In this document: in pieces, positions 23,200-39,883 of the stretch | How the letters are laid out: each line of letters starts with the position of its first letter | Numbering within the stretch: the stretch's first letter is position 1 | Source of the DNA: Trichosphaerium sp. ATCC 40318 | Taxonomy: Eukaryota; Protista; Tubulinea | Assembly (NCBI GenBank): GCA_038496445.1 | Contig: JALMLS010000309.1 | Location: 186,001 to 250,000, forward strand | Direction: 5' to 3' | DNA: 64,000 bases | The notes under the pieces: model-generated | What the model was told of the DNA's origin: nothing | Databases searched by the model: none | The model's input: the letters and a program-made list of their open reading frames with translations, nothing else | Translations under genes and position numbers: made by a program

Positions 23200-24886
23200 C
23201 TAAAGCTTTGAAAGCTGTGTTTTCATATCATTCACAACAGCTTGGTAAATGCCCTTTGACATTAAGCTTGTTGCTTTCTCGACACTGTCTTGGTATATCT
23301 TCGCTCTAGCAAGCAATATACTCTTCTCTTTAGGCCCTGCAGCAACCGCGTAATCAACCTAAATCCTATTAGAAACAACTAGTTCAGTTGTTTAGTGCTG
23401 TGTACCAATATCCTTGCAACGCCTGTATTTCCGTCTTTATTCTCAGTCAATGCTTTATCGGCTACTGTCTTTGGGCAGCCAGCTATACTTGATACTGCAT
23501 TACCTATTTTATCCATAGGGACAGAGTGAAGGCGACTTGGTATTTGATCAAACCAACCAGCATACTGTCTCCACATTGTACGAACAATAAACTCAGGCTC
23601 ATCGTAAATCTGAAGAAAACAAATATCAGCACATGATACCACCAACAACAAACTGGATTTAGTTCAAACGTACTGGCTTTAAATATGGCCTCTTAAGGAG
23701 CTCCTCAGGCATTTGCATATTCTCTATTACTTGAGGGAGAGATAGGCCTAGAAAACAATATTACAAAAAAAAAGTTCAAAAGACAATCATGAGTTACCTT
23801 TGTTTATGAGTTGAATCGATTGAGTTGTAATTAGTTCCAGAAACAATGCAGTATCAGAAAGTACAGCCTTAACTCTTTCAGCGCCTACTACAGCAGGTCC
23901 ATGGCCCGGGAAAAGCCTGAAGTAGAAATTAGTAATCGAAAAAAAAACTAGGTTCCTAAATAGTACAGTTCGGCATTGAGCGCTTCCATCTTTCTAAGAG
24001 CGTTTGCCCATTCTATAGGATACCTCTGAACCTTTTGAGGATTTCCACAATTAGGAGAGCACCAGATAATCAAGTCCCCGGTACATAAAACACGTCGGGA
24101 TGGTAACCAAATCCTGTTTTAAAAAAATGAGAACAGGATTTCATGCAATGTAATTTAGTACCATGTTGCGTCATCTGTCTCGCCTCTGTCATGGAAAAGA
24201 TGCATCTTTTCATCGCCTACATTACATACCATCTCATTTCTGTATGTGACATCAGGATAACGATATTCTTTAGGCATTTGTATATCAGTCTGAAACTGCC
24301 TGCTATTAATACAACTATTGTATCCGTTCATCAATACATATCTTTGGAAACGTTCTGCGCTCAAAAATTAGTTTCTGATGGAAGCTGGGTGTTGTATTCA
24401 AGCGCTTGTCGTACTTGGTACGTTTTCATGGGCTATAACTCTTGCAGGTGTGTCTTGGTTCTCTTCGAATGGTCCTACGCCAAACACGTGATCCACGTGA
24501 CCGTGGGTGTAGATAGCGGTATGAAGCGGTTTATTTTTCCAACCTTTGATCTATTTGCAGTAATTACCATCAAAGACGCTGCAAGTACTCAATTGGCATA
24601 CCTCTTCGTAGTTTGTGTAAGCGCTTATTGGAGATGAAGTATCAATCAGTACTAGGCCTTGATTTGTGTCCAAGACTAGCAAAAAACAACATTAGAGTTT
24701 GATTAACATGCTGCTAACTTGGTTCGTACCTACGACGTTTGAAAAGCCCATTTTGAATGCCAAACCAGGCTGGTATTCTTCAATAGGTGTAGAAATATGA
24801 AAATGATTTGCACGTCCATCAGTGGATAACGTTCCGTTCCAAAAAAGTTCTGCAATTTGCTTTGAAGTAGGTTTGTTATTGGACAT
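23200..24886 (-). CDS. Alkyl-sulfatase-like metallo-beta-lactamase-fold protein with PTS1 (SKL)
   Basis: THGHVDH, RGETDDATW, GDLIIWCSPNCGNPQKVQRY, PGHGP, YDEPEFIVRTMWRQYAGWFD. C-terminus reads MKTQLSKL*. Confidence 0.85.
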
Positions 24887-25787
24887 TTGGTTGATGTTTG
24901 TTGTTTTAAGATTGACTTTGATGTTTGTAAGATGAGGTGTTGTAACTTAGATGATGTTCTAGTTTGTATGTATTTTCCAATCACGTGAGTTATTTTATAA
25001 CGTGACAGATAATTCATGAGAATTGGGATATTCTTTGAATATCAGGTAAATTCTTTTTCCCGTGTCTCTTAAAATGTACAAGATACCGGTCTTTTTATTA
25101 TAAAACCCGGCTACTGTTAGAATACGGCCTATGAGGCTTTATCATAAGCACTAGCTGCCCATAGCTATTTATCATCCCATTATTTGCACCGGCAAAACTC
25201 GGGATTATAGTATCTATAGATAAATTTGCGATTCATCAAGCGTTAGGGAGGACTAGCAAGCTATGTTCTTACTTCACTAGTATCACCTGGTTTACCAGTA
25301 CAAAGGCTTGTGTGAAAAAAGCCAGTCAGGCGTAAGTTGTAAGTCTTTATAGACACAACGTTTGACAACTATTGCGATAACTTTACCAAACACCTCTGTA
25401 TGGTGCTTACGATAGCATATTAACGCTTGCTCCAGGACTTTCACGTGTTCTAGTGTAAAAGGTATATCGAACCAACTATTGATATTTGAGAAGTTAGAAA
25501 ACTACATTGTGGTCATGATTACAGTTTTTGCTTATTCAAGCTTAAGTTGTACATTTGCAATACTTTTTCGACTGGTAAAAACTCCTTTGAATTATACAGT
25601 AATTACAAGCAAGACTGAATATGATAATCACAAGGTGAACAACAGTTCTATGTAATACAGATACACGGCTAAGATATTAGCGGTATAATCTAATGTATTT
25701 AAGGACACTTTACAGTAACCGGATTCGGTATTACATCAAGAACCTGAGGGAAATGCTGCTTTTCCAATGTTAAAACAGCAAGTATGC

Positions 25788-26889
25788 TTACACGGGAGGT
25801 GGGGTTGATGCATACAGCAGTGTCCAATCAGCTGCCTTTCTCTTAAACTGTTCTCTGTTCGATATCAGAAGCTGGTGTGCTTCTATGTTAAGAATTGCTT
25901 CTATAGAGCAATGTGTTAGGCACAGAACAATTTGAGGGAGATGAACTTTTATCAAAAAAGGTACCACTGTCAAGATTGACCATTTCTGCGAGAATAAAGT
26001 CAATTACGTCTGAAACTTTAACTGTAGGAGACCAAAAACAATGAATTAATTTAAATGATAAGTAACCTCGTTTACTCACCTACAATAGAAGGTTTGAACA
26101 CAAACATAAAAGTTGTGATCTGTTGGGTTTTTTTTGTGGATAATAAAATCAACATACCATAGGATGGTAAGTCTTTGTTTTCATTGTACACACTGGAGGT
26201 TTAAAAGGATACCCTTTCTATATTTTGTTAGTACAAAACTTTTGTTTGATGCTAATACTGAGCTATAATTTATAGCTGAAGTACAACTTGTTCAAAAAAG
26301 GTAAAAAAAGTTGCTTTTGGGTTGAATGATAAAGCAAGTAATCACTGGGTACAGTAGAAGAGTTTACACTGCTGTAAGGTGTTGAAGACCATTAAAAGAT
26401 TACAACACATTCATTATCACGTGTTAAGAGACGTACTGGGAACTTAAATTCGACAACAAAGTAGCCTCCAACATAAGGTGATTCTTTCTTGTTTCAAAGT
26501 AAGTTAAAAAAAAACCGGCTTATCACGTGGTTGCATAAGTACCGGTCCTTGAAATGTTATTTCCCATTTTCTGGTGCTAGATATTAAGTTGATATGGAGT
26601 ATGGCGTCGTGTTGTTTCTCTAATAGTAGGTACTCTTTTCTGAGGCGTCTAGCGCCTTTTGGTCTTGCCTTTACGCAGTTTAAGTGATATTCGCAACGTT
26701 TTGAGACATGTGTAAAATAGTTTTGTTACCTTTTCGAATGAAAACGAGTTTGTTACCAATACTTTTGTCTTGACACTTACCAGACGCAGTATTAGTTGTG
26801 TTGGAAAATCGCAAGTCTCTATTACTGCGAGCATCATTTCAGGTATTAAAAAAGCATCACTGGTATCAATAGGCTCTGAAGATCCCATG
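25788..26889 (-). CDS. F-box-like + E2 (UBC) fold fusion, catalytically inactive (UEV-like)
   Basis: Spliced: FLIPEMMLAVIETCDFPTQLILRLVS...FEK|ARPKGARRLRKEY...WEITFQGP|KESPYVGGYFVVEFKFP|KGYPFKPPVCTMKTKTYHPM|VSKRGYLSFKLIHCFWSPT...FKRKAADWTLLYA. Confidence 0.8.
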
Positions 26890-27064
26890 GTAAGTAGTAT
26901 TGCTTGGTACTGGTAATTCAAAGATATTCCCGACCTTTTGGGTAATGCCACTAAATTTTTAATGGATTTTTTCTGATCTCAAATTAGAAATGGCACGTGA
27001 CCAAATGATGAATGACAGTCACAAGCGTAACACAAACACTTTTTTTATTTCTTTGAGAAAATAT

Positions 27065-27916
27065 CTACTCATCATCATCCATATCAGCGATAAACTTTTT
27101 GAGCTTCTCATCGCTTGAAAGCAAGTCCTTTGATCGCGTAACCGAATCTACAAGTTTTATATTAGCTGAAATTGGTTCAAACAAGCCAAAACACATCAAA
27201 ACTGACGCGTATAACATTACCTTGGGTGATTTGACGCATGAAAACGTCGTACTCAGACTTTGAGATTTTACCATCTCCATCAGTGTCAAATTTATCTATT
27301 AAGCATTGTAAGCGCTTTTGTGCGTTGTTTGGCGTGAATTGAGGGGTATTTTAGTTTTGTCGTTACGTGCCAACAAATTGTTGTACAATAGCGTCTGTCA
27401 CTGGCCAGAATCCCATGGCTTGAAGGAAAGCAGGTCCCTTTGAAGTTCATTAGAGTTTCATTGATTATGACGTTTGACGGAACGATTTTTGGCGCCTCTC
27501 TATGCCTTGTATACGTACCCAATCTAGCGAAAATTAGCCTAACGCTCTTTTTGTAAATGAAAGTGGGTTTCACCCGAATAACTCATAAAAAGTACCTTCA
27601 AGCGCTGATTTAATCTCGTACGGCGCTAAAAAACCATCCTTATCAATATCCGTCTCAAACTCAAAATGCTAGGTGGCGTTAGACAGTTAACCGTCAAAAC
27701 TGATCCCAAATACGTAGGAAAGGAAGTGGTACTAAGGATTAATAAAATTAGTACCTCGGTGACGTATTTAGCCCATTTGGCTTCGTCAGCCAATAAACCT
27801 TCGTATTTGTTCTAAAATAAGGCGTTAGGTATCATTTTGATACTTCTTTTTGGTTTTCGTTAACGTACAACAAAGCCGTTTAACTCTTGTTTAACTTCCT
27901 CTAGTTCCTCTGCCAT
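27065..27916 (-). CDS. Small EF-hand calcium-binding protein (spliced)
   Basis: EF loops DIDKDGFLAPYE and DTDGDGKISKSE. Confidence 0.7.
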
Positions 27917-28267
27917 TGTCAATTGTAAAAAACTACTACAAAAACAGCTTAAAACAGCACATCCCAGTCAATTGAAATCAACCAACTGTTTTAGTTAGAG
28001 GCAGAAAAAGAGTTGTGGCTTGTGCAAAGGTTAAGACCTCTTGGAAGCTGTTCCAAACACTCTAAGGTTACTGAAGGGAGCCACAACAACAGCATCTGAC
28101 AATGAATGTCAAATTAATCGACTTGCAAGAAACAAAGACATTTGTTGTAATGATGTAGTGCTTTATTGAATAATTGTGTTTATAAAGTTAGGTGGTTAAG
28201 TGTTTCCCTTTTTTCCCGTTGTACAACTATGTTGTATTGATTGATTGGTAAGGGATTTTTCTTTTTC

Positions 28268-30744
28268 TTACTTGCCCCATCCAAATAATTTGGACATAAT
28301 TTTCTCGATCAATGATATTCTCCTCTGAGAAGTCTTTGGTTTTGTAGATTTCTTCTTCTTACCTGGACAACATTGTACGTCTGCTGCTCCAGGACAAAGA
28401 CCTGCCATAGGTGTAGTACTACACTCTGATACTGGCTTACATCTACCTTGTACACCACGAGCAATACACTCGCCTGTAGACATACCGTAGTTGCCCTACA
28501 AAAAAAAAGTTAGAATAATTTTGCGTTTACCAAAGAAATACTATTTTCGCTTACAAGGAACAGATTGGCTTCAGTGACACGGCGAGCTGCAAGAACGCTA
28601 TTATAAGCACCACCTGCTTTATTAAATCTTCCAAAACCTTCCTTAATGTTGGCTAAGGGAGTATTAGAACTCGACCAAGTAGTACTATCTAAAAGCATGT
28701 ACCAGCTGAAGTTTGAGGATCGTTGGCTCTTTGAAGAATTGTAGAATCCTTGAAGGAATTTGGTCCTATATTAAACGCTAATGATACAAGGGCATCAAAC
28801 TGATAATCTTCCAAAGGTTCTGTGGTGTACTCCCTAAAAGTAATTGAGAAAAAAAACCCAACATCGAAGCACCAAGGCAACGAAAAATATTGACCAATAA
28901 CTCACCTTACAGCCTTTGTATAATCTCCTAGACTTAGATCACCTCTTAGTAAGTCCATACCATCCTTTTCGCTCAAAGGAGCTCTAAAAGTACGCGTCTA
29001 CAATAAAGTTACAATTAAAACCTTGAGAAGGTTGAAAAAAGTGAAGAAAAAAAAATTGCAATAAACAGTGACGTACTGTGCCGGACTCGGTACGTCCAAC
29101 AAATTTTCTGCAATCGTACTTATCATGGGTACATGCGTGACCATATCCTATAGTCTTGTGTCCTGCTACATCATAGTAAAAGTCTGATCTGAATCCTTCT
29201 TCTTGAATTATCAAGTCAATCCCATATTTGCTCACTTCCTTCTTGTAATTTGGAAATTGTGACTTTTTAACACAACTTTAAAAACAACCGGTTAGACTAT
29301 AATTTTTTCAAATGAATTTATGGCAAAACAATCTCAAAAAATGTAACAAAAAAAAAGAGGATTTTTACACAACAGAAAAAACAAAGTTAATAAAATTTGA
29401 AGGAGCAAAGCCGTACCATTGAATTGTAGCGCCATCACGTGGACAATACCCTTTGAAAGCAAAGTTACCTTTTGATAAACAAGTACTCCTCTCAATACAA
29501 GAACCAGAACGTCCTAAACAATCGAATATTTAACAGCAACAAAAAAAAAACCGTTTACCTGGTGGAACATTGCAAGGATTAGCATTTGGATTTAAAGGTT
29601 TATCCTTTTTACTAGGTTTCGTAGGTTTACCAGGGTTATATCCACCCCTGTTCGGCTTTGTCTTCTTAGTCTTTGGCTTTTTATTACAGCACTGAATATC
29701 TGCTGCTCCAGGACAACGACCAGCCTCTGGTCTTCCACCAATGTTTCTGCACTTTGAATTAGAGAAACAGTATCCACTCTTTCCGCTTGTTAATTTACAG
29801 CGTGGTAGTGGTTTTTCTGGTATATCTAATGAAGCACGACAACTAGCACCCTTCCTAAACCCATTGACAGGGCTAGCGTTCATTTTTTTTTGAGTTGTTG
29901 GTCCAAAATCGCCGTCGACTTTTATTTGGTCGTTTGGGTTGTTTGCGTTCCATAGTGTCTGAAATGCTTTTACTGATATCTCAGCGATGCTTGGGGTTTG
30001 AAAAAAGTCATAGTGCATTGGATCCCAAGATCCAAGTTTTTTCCATCCGGCACGTGTTAAACCTGAGTACATCCAACCACTCACACCCTCTAATGTTGAA
30101 GTCAGTGGGAATCGAAACATCTTTTTTTTTTTATTGTCGCACCTTCGTAGACATCTATGCCGGCAGCTGAGTTATGGTTGCTAGAGCCTATTCATAGCGT
30201 CAAAAAGAGTTACAGCTGACTTTGATCATTTTTAAGGACGTACCTGGGTAGGCTGCTGCTGGAATACATGATTGGCCTCTCCACTTGTACAATAGCCATT
30301 GCTGAGCTATTGAACGAAGAGCGCTCGTGAAGTAGATTTTCCCTCGAGGATTGGCTCGAAGAGCTGCAAAAAGTGCATCTGCGGCGTCTGCTTGAAGGAA
30401 TCTATGCTATTGTCACTACAGACAACGTTATTGAACGCTAGTTCGTACGGGAATACGCCATCTTCGTAAGATATCTGTGGATGACCTGCTATTGTCTTCA
30501 AGAGCCCTTTTTTCATGCAGTTTACTTGATTTACGAGCTGCAGACTGAGTCCCTTGACGTGGTACGTAGAACAAAAAAATATTGCAGGTTTTTGGTTGCG
30601 TGGTGTACTTAATACTAGCGCATGGTTTAGTACGCGCTGTGTAGTTTTTCAATACGTACTATCGCCAACAGTTGTCTCCCTGGCATCAACAGTACAAGCG
30701 AATGCAACAAGTACTACGCAAATAACCGCAAGCTCTGTTCTCAT
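28268..30744 (-). CDS. Secreted bifunctional peptidoglycan hydrolase: M15-type Zn peptidase, PG-binding domain, Cys-rich modules, GH24 lysozyme, Cys-rich module
   Basis: Signal peptide; SALRSIAQQW, SNHNSAAGIDV, DPMH; VKAFQTLWN...VDGDFGPTT; CPGAADIQCC; in-frame splices into EEGFRSDFYYDVAGHKTIGYGH, QFDALVSLAFNIG, RRVTEANLF. One junction inside the lysozyme (about 28985-29075) is unresolved. Confidence 0.85.
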
Positions 30745-31146
30745 TTTGAGCTTATAGCAATCTCTAATAAGGAAAGTTCCGGTTTAAATTAGCGTATATT
30801 TGTTAAGTATAGATGCTGGCGCGTGGTAGCGTAGTGTGGTGTATGTGTGATGTTTTAGAATTGTAAAACACAGAATTTCTGCGGAGAAAACCATCAGTCA
30901 ACACTCTTCTGATTGCACACTTGATCAAGAAAATAAGCGTTCTCACAATCCTGGACTACCTGCCAAGTATCTAGGTACAAGTTCGTATCCAGTAAAAAGG
31001 TGCAACCACTAGCATAAGGTGTAGTTTTTTATTATTACAAGTTGTCTCGGTTCTCAGTCAGTCTGTTTTGGTTTTTTTTGATTTTATTGTCTAACATTTC
31101 TTTTTTTTCTTTTTTTTTTTTTGAGTAACCTATATGCATCCCCAGG

Positions 31147-35220
<4,074 letters not shown>

Positions 35221-35417
35221 TACTATTGTTTTAAAATGATTTAGGTGCGAGAAGGCATTGCATTAGACCTCAATTGGCAAAAAACATCGGTTGAGAATAA
35301 TGTCGACTTTTTGTGTTCCTGTACGCACAGCACGTAGACAGTCTCTTATCACTGTTTTGTACAAAAACGCAAGCGTGAAACATGTTAAAGCTGGTTATAG
35401 ATTCTTTATTGGATTTC

Positions 35418-36723
35418 TCATTGATTCCCAAGCACCAAGTTTTGTATCTTATCTGTGAGGTTCTCAAATACCGCTAAATGGTCGTTGTACAATTTACAAA
35501 ACTGTTCGCTATCTAAGACCTCTGCATTTGCTTCATCAAAAAACGTCTTTGCCTGATAGAAGCGCTAATTAGTACATTGAAAGGCTAACCACTCTTTTGT
35601 ACGTACCATTTCTTTTTCTATCTCTTCAAACGTTGTGTCAATACCTTGGACGTGTTAGTGACGCGACAGACGCAACAAAACCAGAGTTCGCAAAACAATA
35701 CAGAAAAAAGTGATCTCGTGCCTTTTCCTCTTAGTTCTGGAGGCAAATCCGCGATGCCCTCTTTCTCTAGTTCGTTCAGAAGAGCTTTTGTCGATTTAAG
35801 CGCTTTTCTGATAGTCTGTCAGCAGAAAATACAACGTCTAGCACATGCTGCTTACCCAAAGAATAGCTGCAATTCTGCTTGTGTGATTTTATTGTCACTG
35901 TTTGAGTCTACAGCCTAATAAACTAAGTGAGCATTACTGTTGATGACAAGGCTCTCTTGGAACGTGCCTTGAAGCACAACTGTGCACGTAATTCTGGTGG
36001 ACCACTTGCCAAAACTGCGAATGAGGAAACAAATTCCTGAGCATCTATAGTAGTACTTTAGAACAAACTGACACAAAAGTTTTTTGGTTTTTTGTTTGTT
36101 TTTACCAATACATCCGTTTTTATCTTGATCAAACAGCATGTATAGATGCTCAGCTGATTGAACGTTTGAGAATAAAGGAATATCCTGAGAACCGTTACAG
36201 TTGTGTTTTTTTGATAATTACTGTACTCTACGCACCTTTAATTGATCCTCCATGCCTTGATAAACCTGTCTATTAAAGAGATTAAGGAACTGACATTTCG
36301 TTTATTTTTGTTTCGTCCACGCACTCTATGACTGCGTTGAATTCGTCCTGGTTTATTTTACCTACGTGAGCGTAAGCTCTATGCCATGTCAGTAATCAAC
36401 GTACCAAGGTTTTTAGCGTGCTCGTGAAAAATATCTAAAACATTCTTTTCAGCTTTTTGGATTCTAACAATATTGACATGTTATACCTATTAATTGATCT
36501 ACTACTTCAGCTGGTAGCATTGTTTTCGCAAAAGATTTAGTTCGCCTAGTGTAAATTAATAAAATTAGGTAACTATGTTAAAACCATAATGTGGAAACGG
36601 CAGGTTATGTACATACTTTATTTCAAGTGGTTTTTTTTTTGTTGTCGTTTGTTTTTTTTTGTTTAGTGGTTCTGTGTCGTCATCTATTTGTTTCGCGGCT
36701 CCACTGGAGCTACACATACCCAT
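35418..36723 (-). CDS. EF-hand protein, NCS/calcineurin-B-like (probably N-myristoylated)
   Basis: ATG G|gtatgt first exon; LFDQDKNGCIDAQEF; VDSNSDNKITQAEL. Confidence 0.7.
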
Positions 36724-37008
36724 GATGGCTGGTTATCGAATAGCACCCAAATAAAAAGAGATTGAGTTGCCGAAAAGTCAAGACGGTTAAATCACGTTTC
36801 TTAAACAGTTTTTCACTGTTGTTTGTTGCCAAGCGCGAAAAGTATGTCGGCGTATCATTTTTGTACATGCGACCGTCCAAACGGTTACGAACTTTTGAGA
36901 GTGTACTTGTTCATGTCACAGGATAGAAAACATTATGTGAATGTTGGTTCATCAAGTTCACCTGAAAAACAGTCAATATTCATCTTGTAAGCTTGACCAA
37001 CGTGTCTC

Positions 37009-38245
37009 ATGACCACACCAACGCTTTTCAGAGTATTTGTGCTCTATATTAGTGCTATCTATATTACACGTGCCTTCAACGGGTTCGACACTACAAATTT
37101 ATTTCCCCGGCCTGGATGCGATAGAACAAGCTTTTCAAAGCTATTTATCTACGGAACAGACGTTACTCTCGATTTAAACGAAGCACCTTTCTTTATACCT
37201 GACGAAGGCAACGACTGGTTTCAGGTGCGCCTAATTTATTTGTTGAAGTAAAGCTCAATTAATCTTTGTGTACAGAAAGACATTTTGGATAGATCAGATC
37301 AAGAAATTGTGGCGTTCAAAGCTTCTGGACTTGACTACTTCAGGTACGAGCGTATAATAATGACTGTACAACGGACTGACGTCGTTGTTAGAAACCGACT
37401 AGAATGGGATTTTAGTGAATCGAATACAGACGTTGAAGTAGGTTCGTAGAGCGCATTGATCGCTTGATAGTGTTTGTGTCTTACTCCTTTTTCTGAAATA
37501 TAGTAAAAGATGGTGCCGAGTGGATCTTGTGGAACCCTCAAAGAACTGGAGGAGCAAGACTCATTTATGGTCACATCAACCCTTCTTGGGGTTACAGACC
37601 TATTCTAGTTTCTGGCGAACGTGTTCCTGATATATGTGGTGCAGTATGGGATGGAGGATATCACATAGTAACTTTTGGTGAAGGCATTCTAGCTAGAGGT
37701 AGGGTGGAATTTTTCCATCTTTCTTAGTTTTTTAACTCTTTTTCGAAGGTACCTGGGGAGGCTCCGAAGGCAGACATGTACCGGAAAATTCTTTATTGTT
37801 CTTTGGAGACTACCTGTTCGTTCTTGGAAGAGGACGTAGACCAATCCAAATCAGTTATATTCCAAATCGTCCAGGTATACCAGATGATGAAGGTTTTTAT
37901 GCAATCCGTTGTAACTCGACGAGTGAAGAGTATGGAGAAGGTGTTATTGCCATCAATATGATTGTATCTCCGCCCGAAGATGGATTTCAAACGTTTAGCG
38001 TTCGTAGTTATCAGTCATTTCCTCGACGTATGGCATGCGGAGAACGTCCTCGTAATGCAAAATGCAGACCAAAACCAAGAAGACGATACCCTTTTGATGA
38101 CTACTACTATGGACACAGACGTTCTTACCGCAGTCACGCCTCGACTAGACCAAGATATGTGACGAGAGATTCAATGACTACGACTACGGTAGTGCAAGAA
38201 ACGAGGACCTGTGGTATTAACACTAAGTTGGATTTGCGACTTTAA
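37009..38245 (+). CDS. Secreted hypothetical protein (multi-exon)
   Basis: Signal peptide MTTPTLFRVFVLYISAIYITRA; ORF pieces separated by GT-AG introns; no recognised domain. Confidence 0.6.
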
Positions 38246-38294
38246 CAAATACTGAAATAAAGTAATTTCCCTGAATGGTGTTTAACAAATTGTT

Positions 38295-39608
38295 TTATTC
38301 TTTATACACAAGTTCCTCAGATTTGAACGTCTTTAGTTCTGCTCCAAAAAGCTTCTTTCTATCGCGAGGTACTATAGAAACAAATGGAGAAAGCAACCTA
38401 GCAAATTGAAGAAGTTTATCTTTGCCAACTGCGAAGCAAGGTACTTCAATTTTAGAGGCACTATTTTCACTTGCTACTAAGCGAACTTGATCTTTTGACA
38501 TCTTCTTGCTAGATCTACCCATAACCCATTTATGTTCACAATCTGACATTAAACAAATCAAGTGTGTAGGGAATCCAACAGGTCCTGAAAAAGATTAAAA
38601 ACAAAGTCAAGAGCAAACAACAAAAGGTCTTTTTGAAAACGTACCACATTGATCTTCCCATATCATCAAGTATGCATCTGTGAATTCTTTGCCTTTTCCT
38701 TGTGCGTATATCTGCATAAAACTGTTCTTTGGCTTTGCTGTGCTTCGCTTTTTGAATACATGGAACGGCCAGTAGCCAACACCTACAGTTGACCATTTTT
38801 GAGCCTCAATGTTTTTAAACAATTTGCTGGTTTCTTCTCTTATTGAAAAAATACGATCAGGTCCATAGAAATGTCCTGTAATCTCCGGCGCGGCTACATC
38901 CGCATCATCATCACATTCTTCAGAATCACATTCATCATTATCGTCATCATCATCCTCACATTCCTCAGAATCACATTCATCATTATCGTCGTCAACATCC
39001 TCGCATTCCTCAGAATCGCATTCGTTATCATCGCCATCTTCTTCATCACTGGCTTCATTATCTTCATCACTGTTTTCCTCAACTTCACTGGTTTCGGAAG
39101 TTTCTTCAGCATCGCTATTATCTTCTTCGTCAATTTCTTGTTCTTCATCACTTTCTTGTTCATCATCACTTGCTTCTTCATTGCTTTCACAGTCGCTTGA
39201 TGCTTCACCACTAACTTCTTCGCTAGCGCTTTGATTCTCTTCGTCGCTGTTCTCTTCACCTGCGTCGTCGCTTGCACTAGCCATGGATTCCTCTTCATCG
39301 CTTACATCTCCGTTTGTACTGGTATTTGTGGATTGTTCTTCATTGTCACTTTCCTCCTCAACAGCAGGCTCTTCTTTCTCTCGTTTGGTCTTGGCTGGCT
39401 TGTTGTTCATTTTTTTTGGTTTTTTACCCTTCTTTACTGGCGTAACTCTTTTGCTTGTAGTTTTTGCCTTGCGCTTTGTTTGTTGTGCACGTTGTTTCTT
39501 TGATGGTTTTGTTACAATTTTCTTTGTTCTTTTATTTCGTGTTTCAAGTTCAGCTACGATTCCGCTTTGTTTGTTAGATTGTTTAGTATTTTTTCGTCTT
39601 GAGGACAT
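38295..39608 (-). CDS. Protein with Lys-rich and Asp/Glu-rich low-complexity regions and an unknown globular C-terminal domain
   Basis: ORF 38607-39608 plus terminal exon 38295-38585. The domain and the intron are conserved in the 17.3-18.6 kb paralog. Confidence 0.8.
38900..39030 (-). repeat. About three copies of a 39-bp coding tandem repeat (DDDNDECDSEECE)
   Basis: Repeated cattcctcagaatcacattcatcattatcgtc units. Confidence 0.85.
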
Positions 39609-39883
39609 GTTGTTAATAGTTTATGTTGTTTTTGGTTTTGAGATACACAGCGCCACACGTGTCGTCATATTTTTCAGTGAAAACAAAACACTGCACATCC
39701 CGCTCTCTCCGTCACCTCGCGACTCGTCGCAGAGTGGCTTTACGTTTTTACGTACGATAGGAAGTATGAACGTAACAAATATATTTATTGAGCATAAAAC
39801 ACGTGATTTTTCTTCAAACAATAAAATGAGGCTGTCAAATATTTGCGTGTTATTCTCTTACGCTTGAAGCGATGTTTCAACTT

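Noticed and set aside
38871-39867. Hydrophobic plus-strand ORFs (38871, 39231, 39283) and alternate-frame ORF 38894
   Set aside because: Shadows of the low-complexity acidic/basic CDS on the minus strand.
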